Below, in pieces: positions 12,671-25,815 of a DNA stretch of 64,000 bases (the stretch's first letter is position 1; each line of letters opens with the position of its first letter). The position numbers were made by a program, and so were the translations under genes. Source of the stretch: Magallana gigas (taxonomy: Eukaryota); contig NC_088861.1 in the NCBI RefSeq assembly GCF_963853765.1, positions 30,070,001-30,134,000 of the forward strand. Direction: 5' to 3'. Under the pieces are notes generated by a model, which had not been told where the DNA came from, did not search any database, and was given only the letters and a program-made list of their open reading frames with translations.

Positions 12671-13836
12671 AAATGTTAATGTATATATAAATTGTTTTCC
12701 ATTGACATAATTTGAGTTACTTCCCGTTGGCGGCCATGATGTTGTCGATCAAGACTCTAATTTTTTCTTCTTTGACCAACCTGTAAATCATACAATATAT
12801 GCGGAGATCAACAGAGAAAATTTCACACAATATCACAATAACAAGGTCTTAAAAAAGGTCAAAAATAAAATCATATTCGAAATATATTCGAAATATCACA
12901 ATATGATATCGGTTTTATAATAAAGAAAAATAAGCATATTGAACCACATAGCCGCCGAAATTGCGTCTATGAAAACTATATACGTTATAAGAGGATAATC
13001 ATCAAATGATGTCGTTACCACTTATCTTATTTCGATGAACATATAATTATATGAATTCATGTATCAACTTAACGTTAAAATCCATGAAAATAGGTGTCCA
13101 TGTGAGGCAATGTGTGATAAACAATTTGATTTTAATGTCAAAGCATATTTTTTTCTTCAAGACCTTAATAAATGTGTTTATATTACATGCATATATTTAA
13201 TGTAATGAACACAGGAGAATTCGTAATATCAATATATATCAAAACTTACCTGTAAACAAACTGTTGCATCGGATGTATTTACATGAGTATTGTTTATATG
13301 TATACAGAGTGATTGCATTATATCTCTGTTGGATATAAATAAACTGTGTAAAGTTTTCCTTTAATAAATTATGATACTTAATTGTTCATATCAAACTAAT
13401 GATTATGTGTTAATACGTCATGAATAATATTTGCATTTTCCAGTTTTAAACTTTGTGATAACACCACAAAACGTAGCGCGTAGACAAATACAGTTCATTA
13501 ATAACGTATTACGTTGCGGAAGCAGGGTTTAAATACTTATACGAAATGGAAAAAAAACATTTTGTTAATAAGTGATGAAAAAATATTTTTTAGTTCTCAT
13601 AAGGTAATCAAAAACGATCGGATGTGATCAAATCTTTCATAAAATCCTTTATGCTCTATTGGATATGACCAGCCCTGATCGCATTTGATCACTTTATAAA
13701 GCTCGAAGAATGATTCACTTTTCCTTAAATATAGAATGTGAAAATATTTACCCAAAAGTTTGTCATATAACGGACATTTTAATGTTTAAAATAGACTGCT
13801 TCTTAATGATATGAATACTGCAATTGCAACGATTTA

Positions 13837-14480
13837 AGCCCTTTCACAGTTGGCGCAAAAGCACTTTACAACACTTTGCGATCGGAATTTTTTGGCTTCG
13901 CGCGAGCCAATAACTGGTTGCACGAGCTTTGCAATTTGTTGCATGCGTTTGTTGTGGTCGCATCAAGTCTCCTAAAATAGTGGACATGCACATTATTCAG
14001 ACGCGACCGAATGCGATCCAAATTTTTGTAATGCATCGCGTAATATTAGTACGAACATTTTGTGTACTCGCAAGAGCGATGCACGATTATTACAGCGCGT
14101 AAGATAAATTGCAGTTGTTTACATGACTGTTGTGCGACCTCAAGACTGTTCTTCAACGTGGCTTATGTAATCTTGCAACGTTTTACTTTCACTGCAAGAT
14201 TTATCGGTTTCAGTTTCCATGATTTGCCACTAGTATATACTGGATACAGGGTTATTTTTGCCCCATGACGTTTTCGCTTCTTCTTACGGTTTAACTTGTT
14301 CAGGCCACAATTGACTTTGATTTTGACTGTTACTTTAGTCATTTTCTTGGACGGTATCTTCTCTTGCATTTAACTTTTTCTACTGAAAAGCGTCGGAAAC
14401 GGGCGGTATATATACCTCCTCTGACTTGATCGCACAAATATTTTTTCGCGTCTGCTCTTGCGCCAATTGTGAAAGGGGCT
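13837..14480. mobile_element. MITE with terminal inverted repeats (PIF/Harbinger-like termini, unconfirmed)
   Basis: AGCCCTTTCACAGTTGGCGCAA ... TTGCGCCAATTGTGAAAGGGGCT, flanked by TA on both sides; no ORF. Confidence 0.75.
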
Positions 14481-15134
14481 TTATCCATTGGTTAATGATC
14501 TTTCGCCACTTCTGGATAGGATTGTATAATTAGGCGTCACAATGGCACAGTAGCCTTAACACTTAACGGAACAAGTAAACAAGTATCCCTTCAACCGTTA
14601 ATGGTACATTTTGTCAATAAGTGTTGCAGTTGCACCTTTTTAATGATACAATATTGTGAAAGTAAATGCAAATATTTTATGAAATACACCTTTTCAATTG
14701 CAAAGCGTACGAATGTTTACATAATTTAGCGACATTGTATCACAAACAGTTGTTAGAATGATTCATAATTTGCAATTCATAATTATATGATAATAATTCC
14801 TAATTTATTATTCATTATTCAATTTGCTTAATCCATTCCCTCGCTCATGAAATAAACAGCAAGTTCAATCGTCCACTAAGATATGATCTTGGTTGGTAAC
14901 GTGATCAAGTCCAAGTTCTCTCAGAAAATTCGATCACGTACATGTACACTGTACCAGCCCAATGCATATCTCGGTGAACGTTCTGACATTAATGACAATA
15001 CCTAAATTTACATTTGAAAAAGGCAAATTGTTCAGAATTGTTAAAATTTCCGAGATTTTATGTAAAAAATAATCTAAGCCACAAGCGCTTAATATCATTG
15101 AGACGTCACGAAAAAGATCATACAGAATTGAGCG

Positions 15135-15140
15135 TTTTTA

Positions 15141-15173
<33 letters not shown>

Positions 15174-15590
15174 ATTCTGATCACATTTTGTCCGTCGTCC
15201 GTCTGTCCGTCTGTCCGTCCGTCCGTCTGTCCGTCTGTCTGTCTGTCCGTCTGTAAACTTTTTACATTTTGAACTTCTTCTCTAAAACTGCTCATCCAAT
15301 TTCAACCAAATTTGCACAAAGCATCCTTATGGGAGGGCGAATATAAATTGCAAAAATAAAAGTCCGATCTGTATTAAAAGCGGAGAAAACCTTGAAACTG
15401 TAGAAAAAGGGGGGGTGCATTTTTAAAAAACTTCTTCTCAAGAACTACCGAGGCAAATTCAACGTAGTTTAGCATAAATTATACTTATGGGAAGGAAAAT
15501 ATAAATTGCAAAAATTAAGGGGTAATTTTGTTTCAAATCTAAGTTATTATGAAAATAAAAATAAAGGAAAGGCGTGTTTCAATCAGTTTA
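15135..15590 (+). mobile_element. Helentron-derived HINE element, 5' part (truncated)
   Basis: TTTTTATTAGCTCACCTGAGCTGAAAGCTCAAGTGAGC 5' subTIR/IR, (GTCC/GTCT)n microsatellite at ~15190-15253, then two ~165-bp core repeats. Architecture matches oyster HINE elements. Confidence 0.85.
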
Positions 15591-15611
15591 ACAGCTTCGG
15601 GCTCGGCATCC

Positions 15612-15826
15612 GGTAAAATGGGTAGGCAAGACTTGGCCTGGGCAAAACAAAAGATTGGCAGTTATTAATCTGCCAATCTCATTTAAATTTCAGGATATTT
15701 GATGGACTAGTATATTTGTATTCGCTGTAGATATTACTGCAAAATAATGCGTATTTGGAATTGCCGATTGCCGATCTGCCCCGGCATTTATTTTGCCACG
15801 GCCCGGGTTTGCATACCCATTTTACC
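15612..15826. mobile_element. Degenerate foldback MITE
   Basis: GGTAAAATGGGTAGGCAAG...GGCAAAA versus TTTTGCC...TTTGCATACCCATTTTACC imperfect inverted termini. Confidence 0.55.
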
Positions 15827-16636
15827 AAGACTCGTATTCCATACATCTAAAACGAGGTTCTTTGTTTAAAGCAGCCATGACATTATACGAAAAAGGGTCG
15901 ATCTGACTATGATGAATTTGCTTGTTGTGCAACAGTTCGCGTATGAAGGGAAATTTTGAAACATGAAAAATATATTGGTGCCGATTTTGTGAAGTAAATT
16001 GAGGCTAAATATTTCAATGCGTTGACAGTTTTCACATATGACGTTGGTGTTAGCTTGTTCTGATTTTCGTTTCGTTTTCATTATTTATGCTTTGTAACCT
16101 GGAAACTATCGTCTGTATTTCGTGATTTTTACGTATCAAATCAAACAGTTACGTTAACTGTTTACCTGCGCAAATTAAGCAAAATCTGATGTAGGGGTAC
16201 TGAAATACAATTTATTCTATCGGTAATTCGGCATTATCTTTTGCGTAATGGTAGATTAATGCAAAAGATTTTGTTGAGATGCTCGGCATTTTCTCTTGTT
16301 TATTCAGTTTAAATAGAGTTTGATATCGCTTACGGAAATATGTAGGTATATACATGTATATATATGATTCATTTCAAAAAAATAAATTGTGTTCTTTATT
16401 TGTTATAGTGCATGTTTCTTGTGTTTAATTGTTTACAAGTTCTATTTACTAACCATATTTGAGTGTTAAGCTTCGAATTATAAGCAAGATACAGAGATTT
16501 GCTCACAATTCTATGTTTGTACACAGATCTTAAAACCTAAAGATTAAAAAAGTAAAAAAAAAAATTCAATATTTATTACGAAAATTTTCAAAATCTGTTC
16601 TTCCAGAAACCAACTTATTGAATTGTAAACTTAACC

Positions 16637-17407
16637 TTTTTAGCTCACCCGAGGATGGGGCCACCATGGGGGGTCGAAGTTTAACAAATGAATATATAGA
16701 GTAAATCTTAAGAAATCTTCTTCTCAGAAACTAATTAGCAAGGAAAGCTAAAACTTGTGTGGAAGCATCCTCAGGTAGTGTCGATTAAAATTTGTGAAAA
16801 TCATGACCCCTGGGGGTAGGTTTGAGCCACAATGGGAGGTCGATGTTTTACATAGGAATAAACTGAGTTATTCTTAAAATATCTTCTTCTCAGAAACTAA
16901 TCAGACAGGAAAGCTGAAACTTTTGTGAAAGCATCCTCAGGTGTAGTGAAAATAATGATCCCCAGGGGTAGGGTGGGGCCATAATGGGGGGGGGGGGGCA
17001 AAGTTTAACAAAGGAATATATAGGGTAAATCTTTAAAAATCTTCTCAGAAACTAATCAGCCAGATGATTCTTTATAATTGTTAAGACTTTGGCCCCAGGA
17101 CAATTCTTTGGCCTCACATGAAGGTTCAGAGTTTGATGTACGTTTATATCCCATATATACAGTATTGTTAGGGATCTTTTTTAGAACTGCAATATTCAAC
17201 ATATGATATGACTATAAAATCATCCTGTTAGAAAAGGGACTAATGATTATAAACATAAGAATATCCAGGGGGAAATGGATTTTATTTATACAGGATTTAC
17301 ATGATTTATTGTACAATGTCCAAATAGTTTGTATTATGACTCCATTGAGCTGATTTTATCATACCTATTGTTCCTCAGGTGAGCGATGTGGCCCATGGCC
17401 CTCTTGT
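16637..17407 (+). mobile_element. HINE element carrying ~3 Cg170-like (166-bp) satellite monomers
   Basis: 5' TTTTTAGCTCACCCGAG. TTCTCAGAAACTAAT recurs at 16721, 16887 and 17042 (periods 166 and 155). 3' subTIR TCAGGTGAGC, hairpin GGCCCATGGCC, terminal CTCTTGT. Confidence 0.85.
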
Positions 17408-18063
17408 CATCATCATTTTAAAAATCGATTCAGTTCAGATCATAATTTAAGTAACAAAAGAACATTCCTATGAATTTCACATTTCATATCATTCATACAT
17501 CAAAACAGCTATATCACGTTCCATATTCTTTGTTAGCAAAAGGATAAAAATCAAAATGTTTTGGAAAAAAATTCGACCTTAGAATTAGTCAAATTAATCT
17601 TTGATTACCGTCATTGGATGACCCATTGAGATATTCAAAGGGACAAAACAACAAGGAGTAAGGATATGTATTAAATCACAGGAAAATACCACAAAAGCAA
17701 AGTAGACATGAATATAAGTTACAGGTTAAAAACGAGACTTTGTAATGTATACTCGCATGTATATTTGATGGTTTTTCTCGACCTTGTGCAGTCATGTTGA
17801 AAACCTTATATTTCGTTCCTACGAGATTTCAAATGGGTTAAGGTTGTTGGTGTAGAAGGAATAAGGTATAAGGTTGAGCCGCGCTTTTTGCCGTTAGGTA
17901 AAAACAAAGGTAGATGTGCCGTATTCTGATCCCGAACGTCCACCAAAGTTTAATTCTATAGATATAAAAGTCAACTGATGCAGGATTCAAAATTTATTAG
18001 ACGAGTCACAACGATGGCAACGTATAAATGATTCAAAGACATTTTACAGACAAGCCGGATATG

Positions 18064-20513
18064 GCCAGTGTAACATAGAATTATGATCCCGAAGAATAAT
18101 GACCAGGGGTCATATTTCGACGTGGAAAAATGACCCCCCCCCCCCCCGGTCATTATTCTACGCAATAAATTACCCCCCAGTCAATATTCTACGTAGAAAA
18201 GCCTGAAGAATAAGTGTTATTTTCATAAAAATAAGAACGCTCTACATGAAGAAAAGTGACCCCTGTAGAATAATGACCCCCATATGGATTAAAGTTTTTC
18301 AGTTTATTTTTTATTTTTTATGAAATTTTATTTTTTATTTTTTGTCTTTACAATATTGTAATTTTTCTGCAGTTTACAGAAAGTAACAGAAATTATAATT
18401 CATGTTCAAATAAACTTACAAGTGTATATATTAGAAAATAAAAATCCTTCCGTTATAACAAGATTCTGACGTATTTCATCGGGGGTATGATTGTCATCTT
18501 AACGATTACATTTACATGTATCCCATTATTACGAGTGACAACAGATTAAAATTATTTCGAGATACAAGAAACTGTAAAACAAAATTCTGTTTATTGGCGA
18601 TGAAAGAGTAGACTCGATATTGTTTATGAATTGCATTGAAGATTTATCCCTACAACAAACTGCTGGGTATGCAATTCCAACACTTAGAATTAATTATGAA
18701 ACCAAAATTATGAGAAGTTTACTCCACTGTTAGGCATAATAACCAAGCTGAAGTTTGTGGGCACTAACAGCAGCCATTACGCCAGTAGAAGTTAACGGCC
18801 ATCAAGGAAAATCGTCAAAGTACTGAACAGAAAATATATTTTACTTTATCATCGGCATAGTTTAATTAATATCAAGATGATTAATGTATCGATAGTTTGT
18901 ATGAGCATTCACAACTTTGGATACAGTCAAGATCGTGTGATCAAAATCAAGGGGGATGTAAACCCCTAATATGAGCCCAAACACCTTATCAACGATTTTA
19001 GAAACAATTTCTTCTTAATATTATAATCGATCAGTGTTTATATCTATTAAGATTTAAGGTAAGTTTGCGGGTACAGGGAGATTACTTACACATTTTCATT
19101 GTGACGTAACACCAACTACCCTTTATTTCAGTTATGACGTCAAAATTTATATGACGTCATAATTGATTTCAGTTTTTTTTATTTTGCGGGTTTTTTAGTT
19201 TCAATGAAAAAATGAGAGGACACAAGCATTTTATCAATTTCCACGAAAAAGGAAATCCGCATCATATGGTTTTGAATAGTGTTTTAGAAACATCAGATTA
19301 CACAGATTACACAGATACGTTTTTCCTGAAATCGGTGGACTTGGAAAGGTTTCAAATAAGATGTTTTCGTTTACATAATAGTAGTCCAAAATTAAGACTT
19401 TTGTTGCATTTTATTCTATTTTTAGATAGTTCATCAGAAATTAATAAAAGTAAATCATGATATTATAGTGATATCATTTTCGAACATTTTAAGCATAAAT
19501 AACCACCATAATAGTCACATATAAAATGTACATATTTTCACGAAATTGTTTACATTTCATCAAAATGAAAATTGGAAATCATGAACTTTGACCTTTTGTA
19601 GTTATAAAACGGGACGGGCAAAATTCATTTGAAATTCATGAGAAAAAAGACTTTAGTATAGTGCACAAAATGGTATGTAACTTTGGTACAACCTCTAAAA
19701 AATGCAAGCCGCAAACCTTACCTTAATATGGTCAGGTACTCTTCACACATTTGCTCTAAAAGAATAAAGTCTATTCATGATCACAAATACAACAAATGTT
19801 TAGAATAGCATGTATCACGTAGAAGAAAACAAAACTAACGTATAATTATATTTTAAAAATCACTTTTCCCCCGAAAAGTGAATAAGAAGTATTCATATTC
19901 CTACGTTACCTGCCTCCTTAGTTTTTTTCCATAAAAATATATACATATACATATGTATCATTCTTCGATTAACAATTTATTCACCAATGAAAATTGCATA
20001 TATTATTTCAACAATTATTCTTTCATGATTATTGTTCGTTAATTATCACACAATATCATCAATGTGTATGATTTTGTTTTTCTCTATTTGCGGCATTTCC
20101 CGCCGTATGTCGACGAAAGAAGTGACATAACTGTTAATGATCAATTTGTAGCAATGTAAGAGTGTTTTGAGTGTGCTTGCTACGGATATGAAAAACTATA
20201 TACAGCGATTTATTTAAAGGTTCAGTGTTTATAACGTCAAAATCAGTTGAACAGAATGAAAATTCAAGTGATTTCAAAATCATATCTTGGATACGGGGTA
20301 ACCAATTTCTATTCATGTTTATAGGGGTCATTTTTCTAGGGGGGGGGGGGGGGGGTCATTTTTCTTTATGTTTAACTTGAGGAAAAATGACCCCTGGATC
20401 TTTTTTCTTCAGAAAAATCCAAATATTCGTCAGCATGGGGAGTCATTATTCTACGTCGAAAAATGACCCCCGGTCATTATTCTTCGGGGGTCATTATTCT
20501 TCATTACACCGGC
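18064..20513. mobile_element. ~2.45-kb non-autonomous TIR element with subterminal GAATAATGACCC repeats
   Basis: GCCAGTGTAA...CCCGAAGAATAATGACC at left and GGTCATTATTCTTCGGG...TTACACCGGC at right; multiple subterminal copies; no TSD identified; superfamily unassigned. Confidence 0.7.
19058..19722. mobile_element. Kolobok-like non-autonomous element nested in the 18064-20513 element
   Basis: TTAA|GGTAAGTTTGCGG ... CCGCAAACCTTACC|TTAA: TTAA TSD with RR...YY termini. Confidence 0.75.
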
Positions 20514-22330
20514 AGTTGCTTCCAAGGTTGGCCGCCGTATTCCAGACTAAAGACTGACAATTTTACATGACTATATATTAGAATCTAATCAATGAGTAAA
20601 TCCTGACAGGATAATACATTAAGTAAACTGAGGTATAAAATAATGAAATAAACTCAGTAAGTCTGTAATGTTCTGGACATTACACGATGTTGTTTTAATA
20701 GGTTAGAAGTTCTTGAGACATTAACACCCTTTCTTTTTGAAAGTACACAAATCGAGTTCGAAAAGTGTCAATCCCTAACTGAATAAGTACGTTAATTAGA
20801 ATAAATCATATATTACAAAACAGATGTTAAATTTGAAAAGTAAAGTCAAGAATTTGCACTGCAATATCTACCTGGCAAAGAAACTGTACGCTAAACATAT
20901 TACCAATCACATCTATTTTTAAATCTTTAAATATATTTTTATTCATATTCTATTATATTTGCTGAAAAAAAATGGAATATCAGGTTTTAATTTTGAATTT
21001 ATTCTCTATATCAGCATACAGAGCTCTACGTCTAAAATATTCAACATCCTGATAATTCTACCTTAAGAAATGTAAACAAGGTAAAAAACAAATGTTTTTT
21101 TGTTTCAATTTTGACAAAGAACGAGTGCATGAACGGTATAAAGTGAAAAAACGAAGATTTAAATGAAGCAAATTATTTTTATCACACGTCATCTATTGAT
21201 ATTTAAATCAACAAGTTTAAGCTTTGAATTTAGTTTATATTTAAAGGGACGGGGATTTATTTCAAACCCTTTGTTAACTGCCAGCCTAACCGTGTAGAAA
21301 CTTGAAGAAAAGATGAAAAACGCATTATACATTAAGAATAACTTTTTACAACATTAGGCTGGTATTTAAAAAATGAAAAATGTATGAAAATTTCAAGGTG
21401 TTTTCCCTACAGCAAGCAAGCGCTATAACCTGCATGACCCGGGCATGTTGAATCCACGTACTGAATAAATTATTTTTAATAGTCGCATGGGTTCTGTCCA
21501 CATAGACGGTTGTCCAACGTGCTCACTGTAAAAGACTGACACTTCTTTTAACGTTTTCCATCGACTTTGTATTGTCAGGAATGTTTGTGTAATATGATCA
21601 GAACTTGCATTTGATTTTAATGTGTAATTTTGAATGTTAATTTTAGGTATGTAAAGTTAGTGGTCCCAAAATCAGAAGTATCCATTAGAGCTTAATTATT
21701 TCGGAAAAAAACAATTTGTTGATATTTTCTACATGAAAACGGCACTGAAAAAGGTCCATGCTCTATAGCATAAGTGCACTCGTTCCTTCAAATCAAATGA
21801 GAGGGACATGCGACTCAAGAACTCTTAAATTCTTTTATGCTGACAAACTCTCAATACAGTTTGGCACTGTCTCAAAATGAAGATGACCATTTGGCTTAAA
21901 CAAATCAGTTCCCTAGACGTATTTAAAAGGAAAATGGGTATAAACAAAAAATTAAATATAAAAAAGCCCCAAGTACCTCATTACCCTAAATTTAAATATT
22001 TTGACGATCTTTTCAGCTAACTAGACCAGGAAGAGAAATTGTGGATACGCCATGTACAGTTTTGAAGGTTTGTAGTTTTCTTTTTAATAATTTACAAATA
22101 TCTGGTTTTGACTCAACATTCATCTATCGCAAATCCTTCAATCTTAAGAAGCATGATAAAGGCCATAAAATGCAACAGATTTCCAATAGGTGATGATATT
22201 TGTCAGATTCATATAAATTTGCTTTCTTTGACGCGAGCTAACTACCAGTAAATTGTTCACAAAATAAATTAATATATTGATTTCTTATTTTATTGATAGT
22301 TTTCCTACAAACTCAATAAATTGTCTGAAC

Positions 22331-24010
22331 ATGGATCCTGAGTACAGCCTCCAGGATTTGGTACGTTGTCATCTGTGTGAGACTATTACACCTGTTCCCT
22401 CTTTGTACTGTGAATTTTGTCTCATACATCTGTGTAAAGCATGTGTGGGGGAACATCTCTCTGATGAATCTACAGAACACAAAGTAGTGCCAATCAAAAA
22501 GCGAGGGGTACTTTATCCTAAGTGTTCAAAACACCCTACACGATTATGTGACACATACTGTGAACAATGTGACATTCCTATTTGTTTTGAGTGTGGATCC
22601 TCTCATGAACATTTATATCATAAACAGGTTGGCATTTTGAATGTACTTGAAAGCAAGAAAAAGACAATACAGAGGGATTTACAAGAATTAGAAAATTCTA
22701 TTTATCCCAAATACAAAGGTATTGCATCTAAAATCCCAATTCAGAAAAGTGATCTGAAGAAAAACTCCCAAAAATTGATAACAGCTATCAGCGAACAGGG
22801 AGAAGCCTTGCACAAAGAAATAGACGATGCCATGGATAAACTAAAATCGGATGTTGAAGAGAGGGAATCTAAACATTTGATTGCTCTAAATAGAAAGGAA
22901 AAGGAATACGAACGTAGCATTTCGGAAATTACAAGAAACATTTCTGAACTGAAGAAGTTACTGAAATCCAACGATGTCAGCTATGTCTCTGCCTACAGAT
23001 CAAGAAATGCTGAATTCAGACGAATTCCTCCTAATTTTACTATTTCCTTTCCAAGATTTACCCCTCAGAGAATTGATGAAGATCAGATTAACAAGCTTTT
23101 AGGTTCTTTGTCAGCAATATCTATCAGAACAGAAGATCATGGCTATTCAGTGGGTTCTTCTGGTGCTGAGTCATCTCCCCCAGGCAGGCCGCTTATTGAT
23201 GAACCACGGATCATCAAAGATGTAAACACAGATTATGGGGAAGATAATAATTTACTTAGTGTGTCCTGTCTTAATGATGACAAATTATGGACGTGTGGCC
23301 ATGATAGCGTGATGAGGCTCTACAACCTGAATGGAATACTAATAGAATCAATCGAAACCAAATCAGAAAACATGCCATTTGACATAGCAGTGACACAGAA
23401 AGGTGAACTAGTTTATACGGATTACAAGGACAGAACTGTGAACCTAGTGAAGGATACACAGATACAGACAGTGATCAGACTACGGGGGTGGAAACCGAGC
23501 TACATCAGTAGTACCATCTCTGATGACCTCTTGGTTGTCATGATCAGCGATGACAATACACAAACAAAAGTTGTGCGTTACTCTGGTTTCTCAGAGAAGC
23601 ATACGATTCTGTCCAATTACAAAAATCAACCTCTCTATTCATCAATGAATCGTCACACTAAATACATCACTGAGAACAAAAACCTGGATATCTGCGTAGC
23701 TGACAATGGAGCCCGCGCGGTAGTGGTGGTTAATCAGGCTGGAAACCTTCGTTTTACTTACACTGATCCTCGCTCTACATCAGAGGAACCATTTGAACCT
23801 GTAGGCATTGTTACAGATAGCCAGAGTCGGGTCCTGGTAGCAGACCTTAACCATCGTATCCACATCCTAGACCACAATGGACATTTACTCCGCTACATTG
23901 ACAAATGTGATCTACAGAGTCCATTTGGTTTATCTGTTGACACTAATGATAATCTCTTTGTAGCTGAAAGTGAAACAGGTAAGGTAAAGAAAATTCAGTA
24001 TTACACATGA
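22331..24010 (+). CDS. RING-less TRIM-NHL protein T0 (B-box1, B-box2, coiled coil, NHL beta-propeller; TRIM2/3/Brat-like family), 559 aa
   Basis: Intact single-exon ORF from ATG 22331. CHLCE...[16 protein letters not shown] and CSKH...[23 protein letters not shown]-boxes; NHL repeats (PFDIAVT, PVGIVTDS, PFGLSVD). The listed ORF start 22277 is intronic. Upstream exon donor at 22068. Confidence 0.93.
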   Translation: MDPEYSLQDLVRCHLCETITPVPSLYCEFCLIHLCKACVGEHLSDESTEHKVVPIKKRGVLYPKCSKHPTRLCDTYCEQCDIPICFECGSSHEHLYHKQVGILNVLESKKKTIQRDLQELENSIYPKYKGIASKIPIQKSDLKKNSQKLITAISEQGEALHKEIDDAMDKLKSDVEERESKHLIALNRKEKEYERSISEITRNISELKKLLKSNDVSYVSAYRSRNAEFRRIPPNFTISFPRFTPQRIDEDQINKLLGSLSAISIRTEDHGYSVGSSGAESSPPGRPLIDEPRIIKDVNTDYGEDNNLLSVSCLNDDKLWTCGHDSVMRLYNLNGILIESIETKSENMPFDIAVTQKGELVYTDYKDRTVNLVKDTQIQTVIRLRGWKPSYISSTISDDLLVVMISDDNTQTKVVRYSGFSEKHTILSNYKNQPLYSSMNRHTKYITENKNLDICVADNGARAVVVVNQAGNLRFTYTDPRSTSEEPFEPVGIVTDSQSRVLVADLNHRIHILDHNGHLLRYIDKCDLQSPFGLSVDTNDNLFVAESETGKVKKIQYYT

Positions 24011-24801
24011 ACAATCTGTAGTCCTGGTATGTACTTTTCAACAAATTAACAATGTGACTGATTATCGATATATATCAGCAAACTTATACATCATCAAATT
24101 GAGTGTAACGAATACGATTAAAGATAATGCATGTGGTGTACTCTATGTATCTGGTGTTTATGATCTACATGTATACATGTTATTAGTGATATGTTCATAA
24201 GTTGATGGATTGAACGTATTATTTGAATTAATAATGAATGATAAAACTGTGCATTGAGTAAGAACATTATCTATTTTGAACGTATGTACTACATGTACTC
24301 ATTGCAAATACAATGTCTTTCGTTTACTTGGTAGATATTTCTATTACTTAAATGAACCGTTTTTACAATTTACTAAAAAAAATGTCAAGTACAAGAATAT
24401 AAAATTTATAACAAATTATCATAAACCTGTAATTGAAATTTTCGATGCATTTTTTAATATATAATACTTAATTGTCCTCGAAATCTGATATTAGTTTTGA
24501 GATACCTCTTCAATGATTATTTTTTATCATCCAATTTGGTTTATTTTGTAAATTCAATCCCACTGTTTCTTTCTTTAAGTTGTGTTTTCTATCTAGATAC
24601 TACACGCTGAACCAAAGTTCTACGTCTTCACCCAGTATAATGTGTTTACTTCTAAAATAAGCAGATTCATTTGACTTGCCGTCGGAAAGACTAATTTTAG
24701 CTTAACTTTCAATTTGTTAACAGTGATGCATTGACTTTGACCTCGTTGCGAACCGAGGTCTTGACTAATTATTGCTAAATATCACAAATCACTTCCGGTT
24801 T

Positions 24802-24908
24802 GGCATCTTCGCTCGCCAAGGGTTCATGATCTACTCCGCTCCTCTACGTATATCTGTATGTTGTATTGGAGCGGAGTAAATGGTAAACCCTTGGCTAGCG
24901 AAGATGCC
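24802..24908. repeat. Nested hairpin, probable palindromic MITE
   Basis: Outer arms GGCATCTTCGCTCGCCAAGGGTT / AACCCTTGGCTAGCGAAGATGCC (1 mismatch); inner arms TACTCCGCTCC / GGAGCGGAGTA. Confidence 0.7.
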
Positions 24909-25419
24909 GGTTTTGCTGCATCTCGCTCTGAGCTCTTGGATTTCTTTTAGTTGCCTTAGTTGCCGATTGAATGACGTTACATTTATGAAAGAGAAAAATT
25001 ATATCAAAATAATCTTTCCTTCGGATTGCGTCATATTTAAAACATTGTCCAAGACAAAATTAACAGCAAAAAAGAAGTGAGTACAATCTGTTGTAGAAAC
25101 AGTTCTAACTGCTCTGACTGTTTTCTCATTGATTATCATGGCCATATCAAGTTGTTCTTTAAAGTCATCACCAAAGATGAATGTCAAACATATACTGCCA
25201 AGTTAACCATAAATAATGATATTGTTTAATGTAAGTATTTTGACCTTTTACCTTTGGTCTCATGAGTAAGCAATGAATAAAATTATCTTATATTGTGGGA
25301 GGTCAAGTTCTCGTGCAACATGTTTGATATTTAGCATGTTCTTTAAAAAAAGAAGCAGCATTCATCTGTAGCAAGTATAGCGTAACTTCCGGAATTAAGT
25401 ACTATAAAAAGGAGCATAG

Positions 25420-25815
25420 CCATATCATAAAGCATTTAATCTGTATCAGGTTACGTGTTGCATGTAAAGACCATCCATCTCTATCAGTTACAATCAAGTG
25501 CCTTCCTCCAACCTCGATATGGTACAAAACACCTACCCATGTACAACTGTTAGATATTATCTAATAAAACTGTATCAGTTACTGAATCGTTGAGCTCTTA
25601 CCTGTATCAGGTACAAAATTGTAGACAATCACTCAAGTGTAACTTTAAAAGTCACCTATAATTATCAGGTTTCATATCATAATACAGCTATCTGTATAGG
25701 GTACCATGTCACTGAGCACCTACCTGTATCTTGCACCGTATCATAGACCACCAATCTGTATCAAATACCATATTACAGATCGCATTATATTATCAGTTAT
25801 CCAAAAGCATTAAGC
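25420..25815. repeat. Degenerate ~31-bp minisatellite (core (A/T)CTGTATCAG)
   Basis: Recurring TCTGTATCAGG, ACTGTATCAGT, CCTGTATCAGG, TCTGTATAGGG, CCTGTATCTTG, TCTGTATCAAA; several adjacent copies are ~31-32 bp apart. Confidence 0.55.

Noticed and set aside
22277-22330. N-terminal extensions of the 22277 ORF (and likewise 49549-49594)
   Set aside because: They begin at non-ATG or intronic positions upstream of splice acceptors; paralog alignment places the starts at 22331 and 49627 (or spliced 49303).
22741-23459. Antisense ORFs overlapping TRIM-NHL genes (also 28582-29714, 34490-35400, 40584-41390, 50501-51207)
   Set aside because: Short shadows of the sense coding frames, with no independent motifs.
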